A stretch of 53,821 nt of DNA. Source: a virus (taxonomy: Duplodnaviria; Caudoviricetes). The number at the start of each line of letters is the position of its first letter. Positions within the stretch are counted from its first letter, which is position 1. This document shows positions 17,301 through 26,211 of the stretch, piece by piece. The notes beneath the pieces were generated by a model that worked only from the letters and a program-made list of their open reading frames with translations, did not search any database and was not told the origin of the DNA. The DNA is taken from positions 1 through 53,821 of the IMG/VR virus record IMGVR_UViG_3300030106_006616. One strand, 5' to 3'. The position numbers were made by a program, and so were the translations under genes.

Positions 17301-19035
17301 CATAGAGAAGTTAGAAAAATCTAAGCAAACTGCTGAGCAGACGTTTGATAGTATCACGCAGGAGCTCAGAGAAGCAATGGCGTCAGGTGATGTTCTTAAA
17401 GTGAGAGAACTACAAGAGAGGTTAGCTGCACCAGCAAGAGCGCTAGAGAAAGCCCAGAAAGGTGAAGCACTTAGTTTTGATGAAGCTGCTTTACTTAAGA
17501 GCAAGGAAGGTCAGGGAGTACTTGAGGGGCTTGGGCTCCAAACTCCTGAGCAGGTAGAAAAGTTAAATGATCAAGCGGGTAGAGCTATACTACAAAGCGA
17601 TACATTTGGTCTTGCGTTAGGAGGATTTGGGGATGAGCAACAAGAATTTATAAAGTCAAGAGATGGTCTTGGCAGAGCATTTGATGACAGTGACATAGAG
17701 GCCGAGAGAGAAAAAGCTCGACAGATAGCTGGAGAACAGAAGGCAGCTGTTGACTCAAATCTTGAAGCGGCTCAAAAGAAGGTCACTGACATGCAAGCAA
17801 GATATAATGATGAGCTAATTAATGCTAGCGTAGCATTGCAGTTTGCCGGGGATGAGCTGAGAAGATTCAGGGAACAGGCATTACAAGAAGTCACAGGTAC
17901 CGATTCTGATAGATTTGGAGAAGCTAATCAATTCCTTAAAAATCTTAAGGCCCAATTTGAGGGCAGAAAAAATGCTGAAGGCGAAGATCTGCTTAAAACT
18001 GATCTAGCCGGGAATATAACTAACTTAAATGATGCCAACAAAAAGGCTCTTGAAGATATACTTGGACCAGAATTACAAGCCAAGTTACAAGAGAGAATGA
18101 AAGAGCTGACTGACGCTGGCGTTGGAGGAGTCAGCACTGAGATGGCTCTTAAGTCATTGCAGAGAACCCAGAAGGGAGAGTCCGTATTAACTGATAAGCA
18201 AAAAGCTAATCTTAGAAATAAATCTAGAGTCCTTGGAGAAGAAGATAAGGCTAAGAAGCTTCTGGAAGATAAGGGAACGGGAGTAGTACTCGACAAGGGT
18301 GTGAAAGATATCGCTCCTAGCAGAACCAGAGAAGAAATTCTGCAGGAGATTAAGGCTCGACGGGAAACTACCGGAGCAGCTCTCAAATTGCAGAACCAGC
18401 AAGCACTCCAAGTCGACCGCACGTCTGTCCCACAGCCACTAGGAGGGCTTAGAGATCCTGATTCAGGTATGCCTGCAGGATTTGGTAGGCAAGGCACATT
18501 CCCCGGAGGAAACGTTCAGGCAACAGCAGAAGAAGTGAAGCAGGTCAGAAATGCGCTGGCGTCAGTTGAACTAGGAGGACTTAGAGATCCTGACTCAGGG
18601 ATGCCTGCAGGATTTGGTAGGCAAGGCACATTCCCCGGAAACATTGCTCAACCGCTTAGACTACCTAATCAACAGCGTGCGGAAGATCCTATTCGTAGGT
18701 TGCAAGAATTTGCTCCAACACAACGTGATATAGAAAACTTTGGTCAAGCACCTATTGATGCCGGAGCGATGCTTGGAAGAGAACTTCAAACTTCTGCAGA
18801 CGCGTTCGTTCCTGCTGCAGACAAATTGGCACAAGCTAGTGAGAACATAAGTAAATTACAGAATATTGAGTTAAGAAGCACATTTGGAAATCTACAAGTA
18901 GATCTTAATGCCTCAAATGCTAATAGTTTAATAGAGAAGGCAGTAAAAATAATGGCTGTTGAGGAAATGCAGGCGATGCTTCCTACTGTTAAAGAAGATC
19001 TCTTGCGTGCTGTTAAGAGTCAGATGTCAACATAG
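11362..19035 (+). CDS. tail tape measure protein (TP901-type core) with internal repeats and a probable cargo domain
   Basis: 2557 aa, Ala/Gly-rich and helical. TP901 core (FAQTG...AVESEDL..A..RAG...ETIATGLRTIFSRI), two VPAMLTPGE repeats and glycine-zipper segments. Confidence 0.92.
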   Translation: MAFNINAQVVLSGPKNIKTVTNNIRQQLGNVSVNVNLNIPKNAQQQVSNLNNQLTNVTNTANKASAGATKFGNNLGNVGKQSKQAASAMQQLGQETALTFKRFAAAGIVTATFFRMTQAISEAVPKALELQREFIKLQQVTGKTQEQLGGLKSSVLGLSQSLGVEANELANISRIFAQTGQSLNQMEASMKAVARASLAPTFGTMEQTAEGLIAALNQFQISAGQSEAVLGSINRVSKKFAVESEDLIAAIRRAGGVFAIAAGQFAEPQEALNQFLGIFTAVRSTTRETAETIATGLRTIFSRIQRPQTIDFLQELGINLKDAQGNFVGLFESFRILSKELDTVIASGDALALAKITEELGGIRQVGKLIPAIREFRKAEQAFLEAQKGAVEGLGADVALGVIPLAKQFEQLQSRFQALIQTIADSSTFQVFAKTALGLANAFLSLAESLTPLLPTLTTLAGLKISQSIGGFASGFFGSFKKGGGISGAGAALGGGLTGQGSQANTAAVQNQTTVINNNITALTNNTTGLTNLTSAVNALQTSIATLNNTIRSMPLQLGGGLQRRRGFASGGLVPGTGNRDTVPAMLTPGEYVVRKSAVNHFGAGNLADINGYNRGGKVIADINSRFGVGTIRGGADRSLGSTKIKLSDIRSKNAKDAKAVEDAYLAAGGGKQPFADGLSAEEKALFDQAAAGNLELGTQSSVTDSLVKKIADGTKSAGIKLNVDGKNLTVSSTLLKGKGDNKNVFRGAAGKQRLQTIAGQLQQAQVGRVVPFGATVTASGGNVSPLNADARSIFTSGILNQVPQIVRDSVNKILPQDQALAADSPAQIAQLLSANEGAIGSFEGFLFESFIRDLTQDLINQGSQGPGRFDVPNPISDNINRLFNTPQFPLELKNDDNIANLASSYGKAISVLGFQTFAKGGAAKGSDTVPAMLTPGEYVINRGAAESFGYGNLNKINRYNQGGVVKRGRSFYGNGPSGGGGNQNLATVFNKFNKETDKAAESTANLAAGQSNVLQAMMTLSFGVQGVVASLHGFKDGVDAVDILNLATQVAVIGPALKELPAAFSSIKGMLGTTTQALSQTSAAVGPVGIAMQNAAQATAANSSAIAINTTTTTANTTSEAAETTANVANTASEVAETAANFASAKSEFMKGLKEGFGNILDTGKGLGKKIPGKGLGGGITKKFGGVVSKFSKAVPQLANLGGKLAAGGIAGAVVGAIAGPLVDGVTDAFAGAKEEIIPGVSGRRGMSGEAAGAIEGIGGALKGAATGAAAGAVFGPVGAAIGGIVGGLFSGAKALITGAAKQIEFNAILDLQKGVRSATEALDEFIKASETTPDNLKKLNKETTAVIKGFDRAAIASRKSVEADQAFSVSGNLGTMKDSFGTGGTVAVGTAGGAAAGAALGAVVGSVIPVIGTAVGAVVGAIGGAITGFVMALGAESAALEAGSKAFDRAASQITPEFLDKLAQGFSKLATDLANQAADIDGAEAFLNFKVPEGAINGFNQLLAAVDASAGALGPIASEYKEFINTLLNANLIGAVRDEAEILGDEGGKELKTAFVKLRGSGFDFASASTEDIIAKLKQYGITNKETVGAITTVIQKQKDQIAEQQATASAAAKASKLLREMRNSIDALAAGLDKFVNISSGAADKFSAFVSEFEQGFEAAFSSDAKLLTPERINPFENIDASTPEEIEKAFERITASAGGGAGGPNEAAFAGLQATIESTRDLPFALKGALESIGGESAVFETPEAVIAAVRDNLDGFSDLPEVVQKNIEKAIKSDFASRQGGGTGPIKLGNLLSEDGEVNKALNELAEKTVDAAAKFTDSLNTMEKAVIQAAQIQINLINKQKEAANKKLAIDERLADVTGANEGRNALDVANEQLANRINIQQGGNVAGVAAAGAFDVAGLSARRDALAQRGQNIRQQLGIGADVTAEEAASLSLEGQDELVKQLAEVTAAEKGTQQALETLADDTTRLAAIQSNIEKLEKSKQTAEQTFDSITQELREAMASGDVLKVRELQERLAAPARALEKAQKGEALSFDEAALLKSKEGQGVLEGLGLQTPEQVEKLNDQAGRAILQSDTFGLALGGFGDEQQEFIKSRDGLGRAFDDSDIEAEREKARQIAGEQKAAVDSNLEAAQKKVTDMQARYNDELINASVALQFAGDELRRFREQALQEVTGTDSDRFGEANQFLKNLKAQFEGRKNAEGEDLLKTDLAGNITNLNDANKKALEDILGPELQAKLQERMKELTDAGVGGVSTEMALKSLQRTQKGESVLTDKQKANLRNKSRVLGEEDKAKKLLEDKGTGVVLDKGVKDIAPSRTREEILQEIKARRETTGAALKLQNQQALQVDRTSVPQPLGGLRDPDSGMPAGFGRQGTFPGGNVQATAEEVKQVRNALASVELGGLRDPDSGMPAGFGRQGTFPGNIAQPLRLPNQQRAEDPIRRLQEFAPTQRDIENFGQAPIDAGAMLGRELQTSADAFVPAADKLAQASENISKLQNIELRSTFGNLQVDLNASNANSLIEKAVKIMAVEEMQAMLPTVKEDLLRAVKSQMST
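13063..14259 (+). repeat. two copies (13063-13218 and 14113-14259) of a ~50-aa F.xGG...DTVPAMLTPGEYV....A...FG.GNL..IN.YN.GG.V module inside the tape measure protein
   Basis: Direct peptide comparison. The DNA of the DTVPAMLTPGEYV core (13102-13140 vs 14143-14181) differs only synonymously. Confidence 0.9.
18439..18639 (+). repeat. 69-bp direct repeat (18439-18507 and 18571-18639) encoding LGGLRDPDSGMPAGFGRQGTFPG twice
   Basis: 66 of 69 bases identical; the three differences are all synonymous third positions. Confidence 0.95.
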
Positions 19036-19052
19036 ATAAAGGATAACAAAAA

Positions 19053-20723
19053 ATGGCAATGACAGGCATACTAGTTAAATATGGAGATTTAGAGCTGAAG
19101 CCAGCTCCACTCATCAATTATTCACTAGAGACATTTAAAGATGGTGCTAAAAACAATGTTCTTGGTACATTGCATAGATATACTCTAGATGGAACCGTAT
19201 TAGCTACTGATATTGGCGGCTCTGGAACTCTGCAGCTATTTAACGAAAAAGATAGGCTTGTCAGTGGCTTCCAGATGGACTATCAAGAGTTTGAGATAAC
19301 ATTAAGTGGAACTCCGGGATGTAGTGGAACGGTAGTATGCGGAAAACCGTTGGTAGAGTCATTCAGTATAGACAGTGATAATAATTTTACTACTTTTCTA
19401 AAATACAATGCCGAGCTTATCTTTGCTCATACTTCCGTATCAGATGGAATAGACTTTCCTCTTGGTGTTCAAGGTCTTGAGAGTGCTAGCACCGAGTTTA
19501 CTCAAGAAGAGACAAATGCAGCTTATTCGTATGGTTCAGAGCGGTCTGCTCCTATTGTAACTATAACAAGAAATGCTTCAGCTAAGGGAATCAAAGCTCC
19601 TAGTAGTGGTGGTACTTGCGACCCTTATCAAAACAGTGCACTCGCTAATGCGTTAGGCTATGTGACCAGTGTCGGAGCTGTAGCAGCACCTCCTCCGATA
19701 GCCACTAAAGGCTTTTATAGTATAGATGCTGATAATAGTCTGTTCTATGTTACTAACAGAGTTGTAAATACTAACGCTTCAGAAGGAACAGCTTCCGCAA
19801 CAGATACTATCATTGCAATACCAACTGGAGGTCCGGGAGTTGAAAATGTTTCAGCATCAGGAAGGCCCGGAAATTTCGCAGTTTATGATAGTTTTAGTGT
19901 TGATGCCGCTTCAGAACTTGCAAATGGCTTAGGAACCATAACGGTTCAAGGAAACTTGCAGGGATGGACATCATACTCACAACAGGCTAGTGGTCAGGGA
20001 GGAGTAGATGCTAGTGGTATGCTTCAGATGAGCACAGGCTCAGACGTACCACAGCCTTATTATTCTGGAACGACAGCCTTTGATAACCTATCTGGTTACA
20101 TGGTTTCTGCTTCTAAGAATGAGTTATTCTATAATAGAGCTGTGACTCTTTATTCTGGAGGAGGTATTAGCACAGGAATTCATTTAAAAAGTATTTTACC
20201 CTTAAAAAGAGATCCAATTACCACCACTTTAAGCTATAATATAGCAGAGGGAACAGCTTCTTATAGCTTTACATATGATAATAGACCAGACAAGTTAGTT
20301 GCGGGAGCACTATCAGAGTCAGTAAATCTCAGCAAAGCAAGACAAATTCCAGTTCATGCAGCTGTAAGTGTACTCGGTAGATCCGCAGGGCCAATACTTC
20401 AGGACATCGGCACAAAAACTGCTTTTACACAAGACTTGAATATAGAGGCTACTTTTGTCCCAATGGCATCTGGAGCAGAAGGTGCAGTAGATGAATCGGG
20501 GTCTGTTGCAAGTGGAGGGCTATGGATGGCATTTACAAATGCTGGAGCTGGTAGTGCTGCAAGTGGTATGGTAGACACAGCATACGATGGTATTGCAGAT
20601 GCTTTTGAAAGAAGTATAACCGGCGTAGGATCATACTTTAAAACGCAAGATAGCGAGACTTATGATGTCACAGCTGGAAGATATACTAGGTCAATAAGTT
20701 ATATTTATGTTCCTTGTAGTTAG
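19053..20723 (+). CDS. tail-tip/distal tail protein
   Basis: Immediately after the tape measure gene; beta-rich and G/S/T-rich; 556 aa. Confidence 0.6.
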   Translation: MAMTGILVKYGDLELKPAPLINYSLETFKDGAKNNVLGTLHRYTLDGTVLATDIGGSGTLQLFNEKDRLVSGFQMDYQEFEITLSGTPGCSGTVVCGKPLVESFSIDSDNNFTTFLKYNAELIFAHTSVSDGIDFPLGVQGLESASTEFTQEETNAAYSYGSERSAPIVTITRNASAKGIKAPSSGGTCDPYQNSALANALGYVTSVGAVAAPPPIATKGFYSIDADNSLFYVTNRVVNTNASEGTASATDTIIAIPTGGPGVENVSASGRPGNFAVYDSFSVDAASELANGLGTITVQGNLQGWTSYSQQASGQGGVDASGMLQMSTGSDVPQPYYSGTTAFDNLSGYMVSASKNELFYNRAVTLYSGGGISTGIHLKSILPLKRDPITTTLSYNIAEGTASYSFTYDNRPDKLVAGALSESVNLSKARQIPVHAAVSVLGRSAGPILQDIGTKTAFTQDLNIEATFVPMASGAEGAVDESGSVASGGLWMAFTNAGAGSAASGMVDTAYDGIADAFERSITGVGSYFKTQDSETYDVTAGRYTRSISYIYVPCS

Positions 20724-20745
20724 TTAAAAAAAGTAAAGGATTATA

Positions 20746-23700
20746 ATGTCATCTAAAGTATGCACAGATTTAGACGCTTCTGTAGTCGGCCCTTTCAAAC
20801 AAACTATGTTTCTGGGCTGCTCAGTAACTTCTTTTTCATCCAGTGCTGGTTGGAATGAACAAGAGACGAGCATAACTGTTGAGCTTGTACAAGATCCTTG
20901 TGCTGGTACCAAATACCGCTACCCATTGCCGGGACAAGAGTTTCTTTGGGAAGACGCAGATCCCGGTTTTCAGACTCCTGATATAGGAGGACCGGTATAT
21001 TTCAGGCTGGGTGATTTTGAGTTTGCCGGCGTTGTCCAATCTTGGACGGAGAATAAAAGCGAATCCGGAAATCCCACATACAGTGTAGTTATAAGCGACC
21101 CTCGGTTCATACTTCAAAACCTAACCATCATTACTTCTGACTATGCTGGATCAGTAGGAACCACTTACAATCTTATTAATGCTTATGGGAACCTTGAAGG
21201 GCTAGATACAAATTGCCCTCAAATTTTTATAAATGGAGCTCAGTTCGGTTCTCCAGCTGGAGGATTTGGTAGAGCTTCAGTAAATTCTGCGGGCATTCCT
21301 TGGAACAGATTGAAGGAATCTATTTCAAGCCTTCTTTCTGGTTATGCTAATACTAATTTCAGCCCATATGGTCATGCTGTCTTTAAAGGACATGATGCAG
21401 CTTCAGACCCAGACAGGTGGAAGTTTGGCCTTTTGCAATATGATGGATATACTGCATCAATTATAACTGATTTTGGAGGTAATGGATATACTGCAAACTA
21501 CTTTGTAGATATATCAGAGATACCTTTTGCGCCTACTTACTTTAGGCTTGCAGGCCCCTCTTTATCTTTGATGGATATTATAACTCAGGTTACAGATTTA
21601 GCTGGATGTGACTATTACATAGAGCTTATAGTCACCGCAGGTGGTCAAAAAATCATCAAGATAAGATGCGCCCAAAGAAAAGTCCAGCCAACGCTTGGTC
21701 AGATAGAGCAATTTGTCGATACTACTTCCGGTGTGACAACTAAAGATGTTGGTAGAGAGCTTAGAAATGAACCTACTGCTACATTCCTATATGGCGCAAA
21801 AGTCCAGACAATGTACCAACAGGAGAATGACCCTTCTTATGTAGCAAGATACTGGGGTAACGATTATTTTGGTTTTCCTATAGAGGCTTCTGGAACTTTT
21901 GGAAGTGGATACAAAGTAAGGATGGATTTTAGAGGTGTCCAAGGAGGACTAGTAAACCCTTTAAAAAATGCAGACGACAGCAATGTAGAGTTTCTAGACG
22001 TTTCTGAAGATGAGCTTAGATTTGCAATTGGAGGAGTTACACCTTATTTAAACTATGCTCTTTCTTTCAATGCTCCAGTAGGCAATGGTGGTAAAATTGA
22101 TTTAGATAGTCCAAAAGCAGGTACAGACCTAGCTAAGGCTTTAAAAAGATCATACCGCACTGTAGGAGGAGTCACATTACCAAGAGCTACAGAACCGGTA
22201 AAGGCTAATCCGGGACAACCAGCAGCCGAAGTGAAGATAGCTGACAATGTAGGAGAGGCCCATGATGATGTCATGATGGGTATGGGTAAGAACAAAAAAC
22301 ACAAAGATGCCGAAGCTGTTTTGGATTTTGTTAGAAACTTTGCAGATGAATACTACGGAAAACAATTCTTAGTACAGCTCCCTCTAGTCTGTAGTGGATA
22401 TGACGTAGACTCTGATACAATGCAATACTCTGATGTCCCTACTTCCGATGGAGCTTATCCGGCTTCAGGGGCAACAAACATATTAGGGCTTGCTCACCCT
22501 AGTACAGGAATGGATGTGTTTACAGATGAGTCAAACAAAATATCATGTTTTGTAAAATACATAAAGCCAACTGGATCAGGTGCAAGCCTTAGACTGACTG
22601 GTGGAGAGTACGTAGAATGGTCAGGAAGTAGTCTTTCCGGCGTTTTTCTAAAAGCAGACGTAGAATCAGACAAGATTTTTATAAAGAACAGTGTCCCGAC
22701 CGCGCTTGTTAAGATATCTAATCCTCCAACTACAGGGTCAGGCTCTCCTATTGAAACGCTAGACAAGGCATGTCCAGAGCCACAAAAGATACCCACCGGC
22801 ATTATGATTTCCGGTGATCCAGTAGGAGCTTTAAAGAGACACAATTACAAAGCAGCTGCATATAGATTTGTCCCAAGTGGGTTTGCTGTCCCTATGCTTA
22901 GTAATGTGGTTAGATATGGGCCTTGGAACATAGCTGGCCCTCCCGGACCAGTTAAATTTGAATCAGACGAGTCTCTTAATCCTTGGGAATACGGCGGCTA
23001 TGACACCATGGATCTGGCTGGGATCGAAAAAACACAGGACGGTGTCACCTTCATGCAGGAAGGAGAACGAGGCAGTCTTACAGTACCGGGATATCCCGAT
23101 AAGCCTTTAGGATCAGAGTTGAGGGCACCGGCTTCTCCGATGTCTGGGTATAGCTTAGGGCAAATCGCTGGAAGCTATGTAAACTACTCAGGAATTCCAA
23201 CTTCAGCTATGAGTGGAGTATACGGCCCTAATCTCACATCAATTAGTGCTAATATATCTGAAGGCGGAGTTACAACAACATATCAGTTTTCTACATTTAC
23301 TCCTTCATTCGGTAGAATGTCGAAAATGAACTCTGATAGAATAAAACAACTGAGCAAGCAAAGAGCAAAATTCTTCAAAGAACAGAGGAAAATGCAGCTC
23401 CTGAATTCTAAACTCAGGAAGGCTGAAAAAGTTGTAAAAAATGCTGAGGCCATAGCTAAGCAGGTAGAAAATGCGAATGCTAGCAAACCTCCTAACAATA
23501 TGAAAGTTGGTATGGTTGGTCGGATGACAGGAGGCAAGGCTTCCGGATTCGACATTACCGATGCTAGAAGTACAGATGCGGTTAGTCAAGGCTTAAACAC
23601 ACAGTCTGGCTATTATCAGCAGGTTGCATATGTTTCAGACGATGCATTCTACAGGCCTGTTTCAAAAAGCGGACAAGGAGGACTGCCGCAGTATTATCAG

Positions 23701-26184
23701 CATACTGCTAATGGAAATGGGCGTGTTTGCGATGAAAACGGCTCTAACATTGGCAGCACAGCTGCATTCGAAAGACCTTGGACCCCATTACCTAATCTTG
23801 GTGTTGGTCCTTACGAATGGAACCCTCCTATTGTAGCCAAGGACTACCTAGACCCATTCGCTTCATCTAACAGTCTTAAGCATCAATCTACTGGGTTAAC
23901 AATACAGCAAAAGAATAGAAACCACCATGACGTTAGTGTCTTTGGATTTGGATGTGCCCCTGAAACGGGCGAGCTTAACACTATGCTTTTCTCTGAGTAT
24001 CAAGATACTGTTGAGGAAGCTAGTGGACAGATAGTTTTTCCTGACGAGATGCGGATTATGGCTACAAAGGGTCCACTATTGTTGCATGGTTGGGGATATG
24101 ACACAGCTGGCAAGCCAATTCCTAATCAAGTAGATCAGGTTGATAATGCTGGACAAGGCATATTTGAAGGATCGGGTTTAAAAGATGAGTTCCTAGACCA
24201 ATGGTTAAGAAAACCTCAGACTTGGCCTGTAGGACCAGTTGACTTGAGATTTGATAGAGATCGTGGAGTATGGACTGTCCCTAGTAGGTTTGGAATATGG
24301 TACGTAAAGAATACCGGAGAAGCGATATCTGCCGGCTCTTCTGGAGTCGTTGCGATCTCAGGCAACGATGTGATTGGTGCTATGACGAGTGGAGACGGAG
24401 GATCTTTCCCCGCAGACAAGCAGAGCATAATGATGACCGTTAGAGATTGGCAATCTCCAATGGAGGCGAACGAAGAGGCATGGGCCTTTTGGGATGACTT
24501 CAACTGTAAATGGTATCGGATACCTGTCGGTAGTGGTTCTTCTGTGAGTTTATTCAATAGTGGAACATGTGAAAACACTCTAGTTAATGGTTGCTTACAA
24601 GAATCGGAGTGTGTTTCTGGAACCTTGAAAACTCTCATAGCGGGTAGTGGCCTACACCTCTCACACGCTGAAGTACCTAGTGGCTATAATGGATCATTTG
24701 ATCCTTGCAAAACTAGTAGCGCTCATATTCTTAACTTGAGAATGCCTATTAAGACTATAGGAGATGGAGGCACTGCCGAGGATTCAATCGGCAAGCTTCC
24801 TCATGAAGAATGCCACGTTGAGTGGGAGCAGCTACAGTTTGATAGTGGTTGGTTTACAGTTTGGACTGGAGAACCAGTTGATGGATGTGCAGTAGCTAGG
24901 ATATCTGGCAACTATACGAAGATAATGGATGTGCCTGTATGCGACGATGATGATCCAGTTATTGTAGCATGTAGCAGGCCGGCATATCTAGAACAAAATG
25001 GATGCATCCCTTTTGGAACCGGCCTCACACTCTCAAATTTGGGAGTCGTTAATGTTCAGAGGACTATTGCAAGCAAATCTGGATGCACCACTGACTACCA
25101 CCTTCCTGAAACATTTTACAAACATTTAGATGTAAGAACAGGTATCAAGGTAGAAAGCATATCGGCTGAAGCTGGATTTGGAAGTTGCGATTATCAACTA
25201 ATACATGATATAAGTATAGGTACTGACCCAACTGGTGAGAGGTGTGGTTCACCCCAAGTTCCCAACTCGACTCGTTATGAGCACATATATATAGGTACAG
25301 GTCTTAATGTAAGGCATGAGTTTGGTGATGCTAAGCAGTGTTCTGTGCATATTGATGCAGATAGAAGGATAAAAGATGAGGACAACTGCAATACTTCACT
25401 TGTCCCTGACTTCAAACACTTTAGAGACCTAGTCTTTGGCACAGGACTTATGGTTACTCAACAAAGTGAGAACTGCAAATATAAGATAGACTCTGACTGG
25501 GGAATGTCAAACTTAAACGTGTGCGATAAGGCTTCTCCTGCTTTTGGACACAGGTATGTGCATCACTTACAGGCTCGTACTGGGATTAGGTTAGAACAGG
25601 ATGACAAGTGCGAGTATTTTCTCGATGCAGATATAAGACTGAAAAACAGCACTGCTAGTGGATGCCATGGTAATCCTGCAGTAACGACTTATAAGCATTT
25701 CGCTAAATTGAATTTTGGTGAAAATCTATACGTTACCGAAACTTCTGAAAACTGTGAGTATGCAGTAAAAGGTTTAGATCAGAAGATATCAGCTATTGCT
25801 AATTGTGGCAGCACCGTAAGGAACGCCGCAAACTTTGATAATCTTATAATTAGGTCTGGGTTAAAGGTAGAACCACATGCTACTGATGATTGCTCTTGGT
25901 ATATAGACAAGCAGCTCCAGTATTGGGACAGAGATGGATATCAGGTTGGCCCTCAGACTGTCGTTAACGTTCAAGAGGGTTGTGGAATTAAATTTACTGA
26001 CGCAGAAGACTGTACGATAGTTATATCATTAGCTCATAATACAGGGCTTGATACCTATACGAAGGTTGAGGTGGCACATGATATATGCTGTACCGCCAGC
26101 GGGTTTAGCCTTGCTACAAAAGAACTTGTGTTCAGCAACTGTGGATTATTTTCAGGAGTCATATCAGGAACTCCTTGCCCTTAA
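20746..26184 (+). CDS. large tail-tip hub/central fibre protein with Cys-containing C-terminal shaft repeats
   Basis: 1812 aa, second gene after the tape measure gene. Hub-like N-terminus; C-terminal repeats of the form L..GTGL.V.....C.Y.ID. Confidence 0.7.
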   Translation: MSSKVCTDLDASVVGPFKQTMFLGCSVTSFSSSAGWNEQETSITVELVQDPCAGTKYRYPLPGQEFLWEDADPGFQTPDIGGPVYFRLGDFEFAGVVQSWTENKSESGNPTYSVVISDPRFILQNLTIITSDYAGSVGTTYNLINAYGNLEGLDTNCPQIFINGAQFGSPAGGFGRASVNSAGIPWNRLKESISSLLSGYANTNFSPYGHAVFKGHDAASDPDRWKFGLLQYDGYTASIITDFGGNGYTANYFVDISEIPFAPTYFRLAGPSLSLMDIITQVTDLAGCDYYIELIVTAGGQKIIKIRCAQRKVQPTLGQIEQFVDTTSGVTTKDVGRELRNEPTATFLYGAKVQTMYQQENDPSYVARYWGNDYFGFPIEASGTFGSGYKVRMDFRGVQGGLVNPLKNADDSNVEFLDVSEDELRFAIGGVTPYLNYALSFNAPVGNGGKIDLDSPKAGTDLAKALKRSYRTVGGVTLPRATEPVKANPGQPAAEVKIADNVGEAHDDVMMGMGKNKKHKDAEAVLDFVRNFADEYYGKQFLVQLPLVCSGYDVDSDTMQYSDVPTSDGAYPASGATNILGLAHPSTGMDVFTDESNKISCFVKYIKPTGSGASLRLTGGEYVEWSGSSLSGVFLKADVESDKIFIKNSVPTALVKISNPPTTGSGSPIETLDKACPEPQKIPTGIMISGDPVGALKRHNYKAAAYRFVPSGFAVPMLSNVVRYGPWNIAGPPGPVKFESDESLNPWEYGGYDTMDLAGIEKTQDGVTFMQEGERGSLTVPGYPDKPLGSELRAPASPMSGYSLGQIAGSYVNYSGIPTSAMSGVYGPNLTSISANISEGGVTTTYQFSTFTPSFGRMSKMNSDRIKQLSKQRAKFFKEQRKMQLLNSKLRKAEKVVKNAEAIAKQVENANASKPPNNMKVGMVGRMTGGKASGFDITDARSTDAVSQGLNTQSGYYQQVAYVSDDAFYRPVSKSGQGGLPQYYQHTANGNGRVCDENGSNIGSTAAFERPWTPLPNLGVGPYEWNPPIVAKDYLDPFASSNSLKHQSTGLTIQQKNRNHHDVSVFGFGCAPETGELNTMLFSEYQDTVEEASGQIVFPDEMRIMATKGPLLLHGWGYDTAGKPIPNQVDQVDNAGQGIFEGSGLKDEFLDQWLRKPQTWPVGPVDLRFDRDRGVWTVPSRFGIWYVKNTGEAISAGSSGVVAISGNDVIGAMTSGDGGSFPADKQSIMMTVRDWQSPMEANEEAWAFWDDFNCKWYRIPVGSGSSVSLFNSGTCENTLVNGCLQESECVSGTLKTLIAGSGLHLSHAEVPSGYNGSFDPCKTSSAHILNLRMPIKTIGDGGTAEDSIGKLPHEECHVEWEQLQFDSGWFTVWTGEPVDGCAVARISGNYTKIMDVPVCDDDDPVIVACSRPAYLEQNGCIPFGTGLTLSNLGVVNVQRTIASKSGCTTDYHLPETFYKHLDVRTGIKVESISAEAGFGSCDYQLIHDISIGTDPTGERCGSPQVPNSTRYEHIYIGTGLNVRHEFGDAKQCSVHIDADRRIKDEDNCNTSLVPDFKHFRDLVFGTGLMVTQQSENCKYKIDSDWGMSNLNVCDKASPAFGHRYVHHLQARTGIRLEQDDKCEYFLDADIRLKNSTASGCHGNPAVTTYKHFAKLNFGENLYVTETSENCEYAVKGLDQKISAIANCGSTVRNAANFDNLIIRSGLKVEPHATDDCSWYIDKQLQYWDRDGYQVGPQTVVNVQEGCGIKFTDAEDCTIVISLAHNTGLDTYTKVEVAHDICCTASGFSLATKELVFSNCGLFSGVISGTPCP

Positions 26185-26211
26185 ATTAAATTTTGTGTAA
26201 AGGATAAAAAA

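Noticed and set aside
11517-18497. Numerous antisense ORFs (up to 215 aa) inside the tape measure gene and other long genes
   Set aside because: These are shadow ORFs expected from Ala/Gly-rich coding on the opposite strand. They show no recognisable motifs and overlap confident genes entirely.
18439-18639. Diversity-generating retroelement TR/VR pair
   Set aside because: Both copies are in frame within one gene, the differences are synonymous and not confined to adenines on one strand, and no reverse transcriptase is present in the window.
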